This document shows, piece after piece, positions 1 to 7,294 of a DNA stretch of 17,281 bases. The notes under the pieces were generated by a model, which saw nothing but the letters and a program-made list of their open reading frames with translations, ran no database searches and had not been told where the DNA came from. The stretch is from Okeania sp. Lineage in GTDB: Bacteria; Cyanobacteriota; Cyanobacteriia; Cyanobacteriales; Microcoleaceae. Both the position numbers and the translations under genes were made by a program. Within the stretch, counting starts at the first letter, position 1. Each line of letters opens with the position of its first letter. The stretch is taken from positions 1-17,281 of the forward strand of contig NZ_JAYKGW010000254.1 in NCBI RefSeq assembly GCF_035285525.1, written 5' to 3'.

Positions 1-73
1 GATAATCTTTGCGGTCATATTTCAGTTTTTCTCCATCTTTGAGAATAATTTTAATATCTTCTTGTCGAATCAT
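1..73 (-). CDS. N-terminal fragment of a hypothetical protein; the gene runs off the window start
   Basis: ATG at 73..71 with AAGGAA about 7 nt upstream. It reads MIRQEDIKIILKDGEKLKYDRKDY with no stop up to the window edge. Too short to identify. Confidence 0.3.
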   Translation of the reverse strand, partial: MIRQEDIKIILKDGEKLKYDRKDY

Positions 74-416
74 TTTAAATTCCTTTATGAGGTTAAATTC
101 TATATAGCTGATTCTAAGTAGTATGAATTAGGAAAAAAGGTTTGCAGCATAGACAAAATACTTTTTAAAGTCATACATCATACTAAATCAAATCTGCTAT
201 ATTAAATTAAAATATACACCATTAAACATTTCTAGAAAAGAGGAATTAAAGAGTAGGAAGTAGGGGAAAAGAATAGAGAATTTCTGTCTGAATAAATGAT
301 TTAATTTTTTATCACAATAATTGGGTGGCGCTACCCAGTATTGATTGCAAAGCATTCCCTATGTGAATCGGCGAAACGTTTTTGGAGAGTTGCTCACATC
401 CCTGTTACAAAAATAA

Positions 417-441
417 CTTCTGACTTCTGACTTCTGACTTC
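417..441. repeat. STRR heptamer array (CTTCTGA) x3.5
   Basis: Direct reading: cttctga cttctga cttctga cttc. Confidence 0.85.
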
Positions 442-558
442 GTTAACGTTGGGAATATCTAATGATAATAACGTCGGAAATTGGATTTCTCTAACATCGC
501 AACTAATCTTACTTTTCTTAACTTTAGGTATAACTGACGCACAGGTTAATTTTGATTG

Positions 559-684
559 GGACTTACGCAGAATCACCATCTCTTGGTGGGCGTTCCCTTG
601 CTACTAGCATTATCACTAGGTCGCATTATTATTTTATAGATACAAATGCTAGATGATGTATAACTTGACTTTTTGCGTAAGTCC
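559..684. mobile_element. MITE-like element with 11-bp perfect terminal inverted repeats GGACTTACGCA / TGCGTAAGTCC
   Basis: ggacttacgca at 559..569 is the exact reverse complement of tgcgtaagtcc at 674..684. The same terminus recurs at 2413..2424 (tgtgtaagtccc), 12971..12984, 14561..14572 and 14986..14997. The element lies 6 bp downstream of the KamA-like stop codon. Confidence 0.55.
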
Positions 685-690
685 TGTTAA

Positions 691-2031
691 TTATACCGTC
701 ACTAACTTTCGAGTCAAGAGAGCCTCAAGTTGACTCTCGTAGAAAAACTTATCTTCCCCAAAAGCAGGTTTCAGGTCATGTAACCAAGTAGCATCTGGAG
801 CAAAATCAGCAAAGAATGGTCGCTTGCACCAGTCAGGTTCCCGACCTTGCAAAAATGACAACACAAAAACCTTTTCCCTAGCAATTTCCGCAACACCATC
901 AATAGCAACTTTTCCAGGTAAAGCAGACATGACTGGACCTCTTACTGTCCTGGCCAAACCAGACACCTTTTGTATGGCCTCTCGATAAATTTCCCAAACT
1001 TTCACCAAAGGAATCTCAAAATAATCCTTCGCCCCTGTTTGACGCTCCACAAACATATAGTAAGGAATACAACCCAGACTTACCTGCATTTGCCACATTT
1101 TAGCCCAAGTATCTGCCGAATCATTGATGTGACGTACTATAGGTGCTTGAGTTCTGATTTGCGCCCCTGTAGAGCGAATCCGTCGAATTGCTTCTTGAGC
1201 AACTGGAGTATCCAATTCCTGCCAATGTTCATAATGGGCCATTACTGCTAAATGCTTACCCTGTTGGACTATTTTTTCAAACAACCGCAAGGTGTTATCA
1301 GCATCTTCATCAGTAACATAACGATAAGGCCAGAAGGAAATAGATTTTGTCCCAATCCGAATAGTTTGGATATGGTCAAATTCTGGCTTGAGTAGAGGTT
1401 CGATATATAAAGCTAGTTGCCATGATTTCATGGTCATAGGATCGCCCCCTGTGAGCAATACATCGGTGACTTCTTTATGTTGTTTTAGGTATTGTTGAAA
1501 AATTCCTGATTCACGGGTGGCAAATTTTAAGTTCTCAAGTCCCACAAATTGAGGCCAGCGAAAACAGAAAGTACAGTAAGCATGACAAGTTTGCCCCGCA
1601 GTCGGGAAAATTAAAACAGTTTCTCGATATTTATGTTGAATACCAGGGACAGGTTCCTCATTGAAGGTAGGAACGTTGTATTGTTTTTGTCCTGCTGGAT
1701 GAGGATTGAGTCGCCGACGAATCTGGTTAGCTGTTTCTTTTAAAGTATCTTTGGGAGCATTTTCTTTTAAAAGCTGAGTTATTTGACTACAGTCCTCTGA
1801 ATCTAACATTTCTGGCTGAGGGAAGGTGAGTCGGAAAATTGGGTCGTCGGGAATATTATTCCAGTTAATTAATTGCTCTACTACATAATTATTGGTTCGG
1901 AAGGGTAAGACTTGGGCAACAGCTTTCATTCCTAGACGCTCTTGCTCGGACAATTTACTTAGTTGAGGTATGGAGTCTATATCTCTGGCTCCATAAAAGC
2001 GCATTTTTAAGGATTTAATTTCGATGTTCAT
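691..2031 (-). CDS. KamA-family radical SAM enzyme (lysine 2,3-aminomutase-like; substrate unknown)
   Basis: 446-aa ORF. It carries the radical-SAM CxxxCxxC motif CHAYCTFC (followed by FRWPQF). The N-terminal PFRTNNYV and C-terminal SALPGKV segments align by eye with the KamA/EpmB family (PMRITPYY-type segment and the GGGK PLP-lysine segment). An alternative start at Met10 (2004) is possible. Confidence 0.85.
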   Translation of the reverse strand: MNIEIKSLKMRFYGARDIDSIPQLSKLSEQERLGMKAVAQVLPFRTNNYVVEQLINWNNIPDDPIFRLTFPQPEMLDSEDCSQITQLLKENAPKDTLKETANQIRRRLNPHPAGQKQYNVPTFNEEPVPGIQHKYRETVLIFPTAGQTCHAYCTFCFRWPQFVGLENLKFATRESGIFQQYLKQHKEVTDVLLTGGDPMTMKSWQLALYIEPLLKPEFDHIQTIRIGTKSISFWPYRYVTDEDADNTLRLFEKIVQQGKHLAVMAHYEHWQELDTPVAQEAIRRIRSTGAQIRTQAPIVRHINDSADTWAKMWQMQVSLGCIPYYMFVERQTGAKDYFEIPLVKVWEIYREAIQKVSGLARTVRGPVMSALPGKVAIDGVAEIAREKVFVLSFLQGREPDWCKRPFFADFAPDATWLHDLKPAFGEDKFFYESQLEALLTRKLVTV

Positions 2032-2486
2032 AAATTTAACTACATTTTAAAAATTATTGTTAGTATATCTGAAAAATTATTGCGCTCACCATTGTTTTTA
2101 GTAAGATTTACATATTTTTACCAAGAAAAATGCTTGTTTGCGCAGCATTCCCCAAGAAAAGTGAGTCTGGCTCGGATCATTGATGTCAAAGTCCTAAAAA
2201 TGGCTATAACCTCTGCTCATCCAGGAATGATACTAAATCCGGTTGAGAACGGAGATTTACTGGGAAGGTAAGGCAAAAAGAAGGCAGAAAGAAGGATTAG
2301 AGAGGAATTTGGAAAGTCACCTTTTAATAACCTGGTTTGGTATAATGTTCTATTTCACATAAAAGCCTCTGTCTATCTTATCTACATTTGAGCCTGTTTT
2401 TTGCTGTTTTTTTGTGTAAGTCCCGCTAGTCTAATGACCAAAAATGAATTAGTTCCTACATCGGTTTTCCTGGACAGTAAACCACA

Positions 2487-2590
2487 GTAGGGACGTTGCA
2501 CTGCCAAAAATGCGTTTTTGTATAGGGAATGCTCCGCAAGAAAAAGCGTAGCTTTGCGATGGCAAACCACAGCATTTGCGGAGCATGACT
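2487..2590. repeat. Copy, truncated or rearranged at one end, of the dispersed palindromic GTAGGGACGTTGC...GGAATGCTCCGCAA element family
   Basis: gtagggacgttgca...aaaaatgcgttttt...gggaatgctccgcaa matches the reverse complement of the complete element at 8361..8439 over about 57 nt. Smaller fragments of the same family lie at about 347..385, 2133..2165 and 3167..3195, and the core palindrome lies at 12798..12825. Confidence 0.55.
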
Positions 2591-2718
2591 TCAGAAAAGC
2601 AATCTCAAATTCCTAAAACTTCTTCCCAATGTCTAAGTCCTGTAATTGTTAAAATATTTAAAGGCAATCGCCAAGTAGCAGGAAAATTACCACTATTTTT
2701 GAGTTAAATAATAGGTAA

Positions 2719-2877
2719 CTAGACAGTACAAAGTTCTAGGAATAATTATTACTCTTTGAAGGCTTTCAGCTATATAAAGGTGAGAAACTTCCTAAGAGAA
2801 AGTTTAAGTGCTGTAAGCCTTTTCCCATTAGACTGAAAGTCTAATCTCCGATTCTCAATTCTCAATTTGTACTCTCC
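2719..2877. mobile_element. MITE-like element, family A (ends ...AGTACAAA...), copy 1
   Basis: 2719..2740 (ctagacagtacaaagttctagg) is the exact reverse complement of 14813..14834. 2864..2877 (aatttgtactctcc) is the exact reverse complement of 14457..14470. The internal sequence is collinear with the second copy (ggaaaaggcttaca..acttaaa, tcacctt.a.atagctgaaag). It contains an (ATTCTCA)x2 STRR and ends 16 bp from the ferredoxin stop codon. Confidence 0.6.
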
Positions 2878-2893
2878 AGATAGGTAACAAAAA

Positions 2894-3121
2894 TTACTCT
2901 GAAGTTTTCTGTAATTCTGGTCTTTCTTCAGCAACTATTGCCTTTTCTACAGGACAAACTTGCAAACAAATTCCACAGTCAATACAGGTATCAAAATCAA
3001 TCCAATACCAATCAGTTCCTTTAGTGTTTTTACCTAGTCCAGGATGAATACAAGCAACTGGACAAGCACTAACACAGTCAGCAATACCTTCGCAAATATC
3101 AGTAACAATTGTATGTGGCAT
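2894..3121 (-). CDS. Small bacterial-type ferredoxin, probably 7Fe ([3Fe-4S] + [4Fe-4S])
   Basis: 75 aa counted from the ATG at 3121 (MPHTIVTDIC...). The first motif is C-x5-C-x3-CP (CEGIADCVSACP), which lacks the middle Cys and is typical of a 3Fe cluster. The second motif is the canonical CxxCxxCxxxCP (CIDCGICLQVCP). The 15 extra codons in the ORF track (up to 3166) look like a non-coding extension. Confidence 0.85.
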   Translation of the reverse strand: MPHTIVTDICEGIADCVSACPVACIHPGLGKNTKGTDWYWIDFDTCIDCGICLQVCPVEKAIVAEERPELQKTSE

Positions 3122-3193
3122 TTTAGCTTTTTTTTGTTTAGTTAAAAGTAAGTATTTAGTGATCATTTCCTGCGGAATGCTGCGCCAACAGCC

Positions 3194-3221
3194 ATCAGTT
3201 ATTAACTATCAGTTATTAACT
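3194..3221. repeat. Tandem 14-mer (ATCAGTTATTAACT) x2
   Basis: Direct reading of atcagttattaact atcagttattaact. Confidence 0.8.
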
Positions 3222-3339
3222 GATGCTTCTGATTTTTGACGAGTTATATTTTAGCAAAGGAAGTAGAAAGTTATTTCACTTATCAGTTCTTCCCCCCTTT
3301 CAAAGCTATCCATTTCCTACATATTTATTAACATAAAAA

Positions 3340-3368
3340 TTGACAAAAGCGACAAATTATGTATAAAT
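3340..3368 (+). promoter_or_regulatory. Sigma70-like promoter match (TTGACA, 16-17 nt spacer, TATAAAT)
   Basis: ttgaca at 3340..3345 and tataaat at 3362..3368. There is no plus-strand gene downstream. It could be a chance match in AT-rich DNA or could drive a non-coding or antisense transcript. Confidence 0.2.
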
Positions 3369-3505
3369 CCGGGCTTGGCTTTTTCGGGAGAAAATTGTAT
3401 TAAAAAGTACACTACAAGCCACGTTCCGCACGTCAACTTGTAACACTAAAGTATTATAAAATTCAGTAGCTTAGTAGGTATTTATATTGTAGGAATTATC
3501 TTGAT

Positions 3506-3694
3506 CAGGACTAAAGCCATGAACGCTATTAGTAGTGGAGCGTTTCACCTAAAATGGTGCAATAGATTTTGGTTGGGTTGAGGAACGAAACAAGGGCAAA
3601 AATCTTTCTCCCCTACTCCTCTACTCCTCTACTTCCTAATGCACATTTTTAGATGAAACACACCCTACCCATAGCCTTCATGGCTTTAGTCCTG
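3506..3694. mobile_element. MITE-like element, family B, copy 1 (TIR CAGGACTAAAGCCATGA)
   Basis: caggactaaagccatga (3506..3522) is the exact reverse complement of tcatggctttagtcctg (3678..3694). The interior is highly similar to 12701..12870 (ccatgaacgctatt.gtagtgga...gttgggttgaggaacgaaac...aaaaatctttctcccctac). Confidence 0.65.
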
Positions 3695-4011
3695 TGTAGG
3701 CTATAAGTGAGGACTGTAGACAAGATTTTTCCTCCTCCTCTTCCCCATCCTCCCCACACTCCCAGAAAGGTTTCAGGAGTTATGGGTAATGGATAGCTTT
3801 GAAAGGGGGGGGAAGGAGGAAATAGGAAAGGTTGAGATTTTTTTATCCACAATTTTTGCCTAGATACGCTAGTAGGAATTAGAGAAAAATAATTGATAAT
3901 TTATGTACAATAATTGATTTTATTTTTATGATCAGAGATGTACATTATCTTCAGTTAAATACTATGTAGTGACTTATCAAAAGTACCCTAATAAACCTTT
4001 CCCTTTTTTCC

Positions 4012-4040
4012 TTATTTCTTATTTCTTATTTCTTATTTCT
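4012..4040. repeat. STRR heptamer array (TTATTTC) x4, abutting the hisG-like stop codon
   Basis: Direct reading. The array ends 1 nt before the stop codon at 4041..4043. Confidence 0.85.
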
Positions 4041-5057
4041 TCAATTTAACTTTTGCAAAAATTGGTCATAAATTCGAGACTTATAACCAAAAACATAACT
4101 AGGAGAAGAAACAGTTATATCTGTACCACCTACATTTCTAAGATGATTAATTGCTGATAATAACATACTTTGTTTAACTACAATTGTGGCAGCATACCAG
4201 TCATTTTTTTCTTGAGAAAATACCTTAGCAATAGTCGGACCTTGGAAACCAGAAATACCAGTTAATTCACTTTTATCCATCAGCATATCACCTATTTCAT
4301 CTGCTGACTTTCCATACACATTTGCTGTGATTGAAACATACTTTTTCGACTCCATCTGTGCTTCTAATAACTCTAAAATCACCTTAGTTGTTTCTATCTT
4401 AATTTTACTTTCTTGTAACAACCGTTTATTACCAATTAAACAAGCTTGGGAGTCAAGCATTGTACCTCCTTCAATTTGCTTTAAACGATTTTCTCTGAGG
4501 GTTGTACCAGTGCTAGTTATATCAGCAATCATATCAGCATATCCCATAGTTGGTGCTGCTTCCATTGCACCTTGAACAGCTACTAAAGAAAAATGTACAA
4601 TTAATTTTTCGTAGAGCCATTTTTGAGTTAAATGATGATATTTAGTAGCAATTCTTAAACTCTTGCCTTTGTCCCTAAATAAGAGAGTTAATTCTGCTAA
4701 ATCTTCTATGGAAGAAACATCTACCCAACTCTCAGGAACAGCCAAAACTAATCTACATTTACCATAACCTAACTTATCCCAAATTACTATTACATCATCA
4801 TGGGATTGACCTTCCTCACAAACCACATCATAACCAGTAATTCCTAAATCAACACTTCCTTCTTCTACCTTTGTAAAAATATCTCCTGCTCTTTGAAATA
4901 AAATTTTTACTTGTGGTAAAGCAGGAATAAAACCAAAATATTGTCTGTCATTAGGTCTAGATACACCCAAACCACAAGCTGACAATAAGTTCATTGTTCC
5001 GTTTGCTAAAGAACCTTTACTAGGTAAAGCTATTCTTAAAAAATTATCTTTTGTCAT
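4041..5057 (-). CDS. hisG: ATP phosphoribosyltransferase, long form (catalytic domains plus a C-terminal HisG_C regulatory domain), 338 aa
   Basis: The N-terminus LRIALPSKGSL, the segment GSVDLGITGYDVV and the PRPP-loop-like DITSTGTTLRENRL are characteristic of HisG. The C-terminal roughly 95 aa (KYVSITANV...GFQGPTIAKV...WYAATIVV...GGTDITVSS) resembles the regulatory domain found only in long-form enzymes. The protein is about 40 aa longer than typical roughly 300-aa long forms. Confidence 0.85.
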   Translation of the reverse strand: MTKDNFLRIALPSKGSLANGTMNLLSACGLGVSRPNDRQYFGFIPALPQVKILFQRAGDIFTKVEEGSVDLGITGYDVVCEEGQSHDDVIVIWDKLGYGKCRLVLAVPESWVDVSSIEDLAELTLLFRDKGKSLRIATKYHHLTQKWLYEKLIVHFSLVAVQGAMEAAPTMGYADMIADITSTGTTLRENRLKQIEGGTMLDSQACLIGNKRLLQESKIKIETTKVILELLEAQMESKKYVSITANVYGKSADEIGDMLMDKSELTGISGFQGPTIAKVFSQEKNDWYAATIVVKQSMLLSAINHLRNVGGTDITVSSPSYVFGYKSRIYDQFLQKLN

Positions 5058-5115
5058 TTCAGTTATTAATTATTAGTTAAGTAGTTGTGCAAAATTAATT
5101 TTCTATTGGTATAGA

Positions 5116-5136
5116 GGCAATAGGCAATAGGCAATA
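5116..5136. repeat. STRR heptamer array (GGCAATA) x3
   Basis: Direct reading. The array is flanked by a 12-bp inverted repeat: gcaaaattaatt at 5089..5100 and aattaattttgc at 5162..5173. Confidence 0.85.
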
Positions 5137-5428
5137 GTTAATATAGAGTTAGTAGAATGTGAATTAATTTTGCTTATGCACTTATCAGTATTTCCTACTA
5201 AATAAATTAGGATATTTGGAGTTTTATCAGCTTGGAATCTTCTCCTAAATTAGGATAAGAGACTCTAAATGCCAAAGTTGGTTTTTTCATCTCCTCAAAG
5301 AACTATATTTGATGAAAATTGAAGTTATGTACTTGCCTTTAAATAAATATTTCCTAAAAGTAAATGTATCAGGACTTAACCTAAAATATGAATGTAGACC
5401 ACTTGTAGGATTTGACAGCCCTTAAACC

Positions 5429-6985
5429 CTATCTAGATATAGTTGCTCTGCTTCTTACTAAATTTACTACTTCCTCCAATGCTAAGTTTTTCCTTTCTCC
5501 TGAACTTAGATTTTGCAAAAGCACTTTACTTCCTTCTTTTTGAGCAGAATTTAAAATAATTACAAACGGAATATTCTGCTGATTTGCATACTCTATATTA
5601 CTCTCAACATCCCTTCCCATTACATCAGTTTCTACTCTCAAACCTAACTTCCTCAATTTTTCAGCTATTTCTATAGAATAACCATAACATCTTGAACTAA
5701 TTCCAACTATTAAAACTTCTACAAATTGATAATCGTTCAAACTAATATTAGCTCTTTCTAATAATTCCTTTCTCAATTCCTCCATCATATAGGAAAAACC
5801 AGTAGCAGGAGTTTCGGCTTTACCTCCCAAACTAATAACCAAATCATCATATCTACCTCCACCACATAACTTTCTTTCTAACCCCAACTTACTATCATAA
5901 ATCTCAAAAACCATACCCGTGTAATATTGCAAACCCCGACTAATTCCCAAGTCAAGACTAATCCGATTTTTATCAATATTAAAAGCTGCTAAATTTTGCA
6001 AAATCTCTTCTATTTGTGTCAACCCATAACCATCAACACCATAAACAGAAAACAGCTTTTCTACTTCTTTAAAAACAGCAGTAGGTTCTCCTTTCAATTG
6101 ACACAATTCAGTCATAAAATCCAGTGCTTGATTTAGTTCTTGACTTTGATTTTCATGTTTAATTTTTATCAACAAACGGTCTACTATTTCTTCTGGTGTC
6201 CGAGTGCTTGTCAGTCCGATATTCATACTTTCCAACAACTCAAAAATTGCTATTCGTGCCTCACTTTCTTCTAAATTTTGGAGAATTTCTGTAATTCTTT
6301 TAGTTGTAAAATTTGTATCTACTTCCTGCTCAATAGAACTCTTCTTTTTAAAAGCAGGATAAATTTCCGAAAGTCGATTTTCTACTACCTCTCTACCCTC
6401 TGTTCTCAGAGTTTCCATTTGAGTAAGTAAAAAACTACGAAGACGAGTATCTAACTCAAGATGGTCAAGAAAATTATGGATCACTCCAACATGACCAATA
6501 AATGTTTGATATTCAGTCAAACCTAAACGATCTAGACCTTGACAGGCCATACCAATAACTTCCGCATCAGCGATCGCTCCTGTGGCCCCAATTAACTCTA
6601 TACCCATTTGGGTAAATTGCCGATATCTTTCTTTCTGGGGCTGTTCATAACGAAAAACTGGCCCACTATAATAAAATCTTACTGGCAAGGGCGCTTTTTG
6701 GAAGTTGTCCAAATAAGCACGGACAACTGAAGCTGTAAATTCTGGTCTGAGACAGAGGCGACGGTTACGATAAACAAAGTCGTAGAGACGAGAAATAATA
6801 TCCTCACCAGATTTTTTCAGATAGAGTTCGGTATATTCTATGAGTGGCACATCTATGGGTCGATAGCCATAAGACTCAAAATTACCTCTCAGTGTACTTT
6901 TGATTTGTCGATCAATTTGGTAAGTGCTTGGGAGAGTATCATTAACTCCTCTAACTCTTGCTACCTTTGTAGTTTGCATAGACAA
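5429..6985 (-). CDS. Histidyl-tRNA synthetase family paralog (class II aaRS core, enlarged insertion domain, anticodon-binding-like C-terminus; motif 3 degenerate)
   Basis: 518 aa. HisRS hallmarks are present: RGVND, LRPEFTASVVRA (canonical LRPEGTA), FRYEQPQKERYRQFTQ (canonical FRHERPQKGRYRQFHQ), SRGLQYY and CGGGRYDDL. Motif 3 reads GFSYMMEEL where HisRS has GFAMGLERL, so the invariant Arg is Glu. The C-terminal VEVLIVGISS...IPFVIILNS...LLQNLSSGERK resembles the anticodon-binding domain that HisZ lacks. Confidence 0.8.
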   Translation of the reverse strand: MSMQTTKVARVRGVNDTLPSTYQIDRQIKSTLRGNFESYGYRPIDVPLIEYTELYLKKSGEDIISRLYDFVYRNRRLCLRPEFTASVVRAYLDNFQKAPLPVRFYYSGPVFRYEQPQKERYRQFTQMGIELIGATGAIADAEVIGMACQGLDRLGLTEYQTFIGHVGVIHNFLDHLELDTRLRSFLLTQMETLRTEGREVVENRLSEIYPAFKKKSSIEQEVDTNFTTKRITEILQNLEESEARIAIFELLESMNIGLTSTRTPEEIVDRLLIKIKHENQSQELNQALDFMTELCQLKGEPTAVFKEVEKLFSVYGVDGYGLTQIEEILQNLAAFNIDKNRISLDLGISRGLQYYTGMVFEIYDSKLGLERKLCGGGRYDDLVISLGGKAETPATGFSYMMEELRKELLERANISLNDYQFVEVLIVGISSRCYGYSIEIAEKLRKLGLRVETDVMGRDVESNIEYANQQNIPFVIILNSAQKEGSKVLLQNLSSGERKNLALEEVVNLVRSRATISR

Positions 6986-7030
6986 AATTTCATTAATTGA
7001 TAAAAGATTGTTGTTTTCTCATCAGAATTT

Positions 7031-7046
7031 TGATACAGATGTATCA
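7031..7046. promoter_or_regulatory. Perfect 6-4-6 palindrome TGATAC-agat-GTATCA in the divergent promoter region
   Basis: Direct reading. It lies 46 bp upstream of the HisRS-paralog start and about 250 bp upstream of the Rieske gene start. It matches no known operator that I recognise. Confidence 0.2.
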
Positions 7047-7294
7047 GAGCAAAATTATTTTATCTCTATCTGAGTACCAGATGATTTTATAGCAGTTCCC
7101 AGGGCAGTTAAAACATTCTAGTCATAGCCAGAATATAGGAGTTTAGTCTCCAAAACCAAACATAAATGGGATTTGGAAACCAAACCCCTGGAATAAAATG
7201 TTAAAACCTATTTTTAGATTGCTATATTTGGCAAGCGATCGCTATCCTTATACACTAAGAGCTGATTTTTGTATATATTCAATAAAAAATAATT

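Larger units (their letters stand above)
3292..3810. mobile_element. 519-bp segment bounded by 23-bp perfect inverted repeats; likely a MITE-like element carrying a nested family-B MITE
   Basis: cccccctttcaaagctatccatt (3292..3314) is the exact reverse complement of aatggatagctttgaaagggggg (3788..3810). The family-B element at 3506..3694 sits inside the segment. Confidence 0.45.

Noticed and set aside
394-579. 61-aa minus-strand ORF
   Set aside because: It spans the CTTCTGA STRR and ends in the terminus of the MITE-like element at 559..684. It is composed of repeat DNA and has no ribosome-binding site.
970-1251. 93-aa plus-strand ORF
   Set aside because: It lies entirely antisense within the well-supported KamA-like CDS. 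It is a shadow ORF with low-complexity, Cys/Arg-rich sequence and no start context.
2080-2271. 63-aa plus-strand ORF
   Set aside because: It has a non-ATG start and contains a fragment of the GCAGCATTCC dispersed repeat. It has no ribosome-binding site and no similarity that I recognise.
2338-2346. Extended -10 promoter TGGTATAAT on the plus strand
   Set aside because: There is no plus-strand gene for about 5 kb downstream. It would only give a transcript antisense to the ferredoxin gene. A single -10 match in about 35 percent GC DNA is expected by chance.
2382-2570. 62-aa minus-strand ORF
   Set aside because: It is almost entirely made of the GTAGGGACGTTGC-family repeat copy at 2487..2590.
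3122-3166. 15-codon N-terminal extension of the ferredoxin ORF
   Set aside because: The small ferredoxins of this type that I recall begin a few residues before the first Cys motif. The extension (MITKYLLLTKQKKAK) is A-run-derived Lys-rich sequence.
3649-3852. 67-aa minus-strand ORF
   Set aside because: It reads through the end of the family-B MITE and the 23-bp inverted repeat. Its low-complexity G/P/W-rich sequence comes from G-runs and STRR-like DNA.
4327-4575. 82-aa plus-strand ORF
   Set aside because: It is antisense inside the hisG-like CDS and is a shadow ORF.
6986-7294. Histidine attenuator leader peptide or T-box upstream of the HisRS paralog
   Set aside because: I found no run of His codons in any small ORF on the minus strand and no T-box-like specifier or antiterminator sequence. 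As far as I know, these mechanisms are not typical of cyanobacteria.
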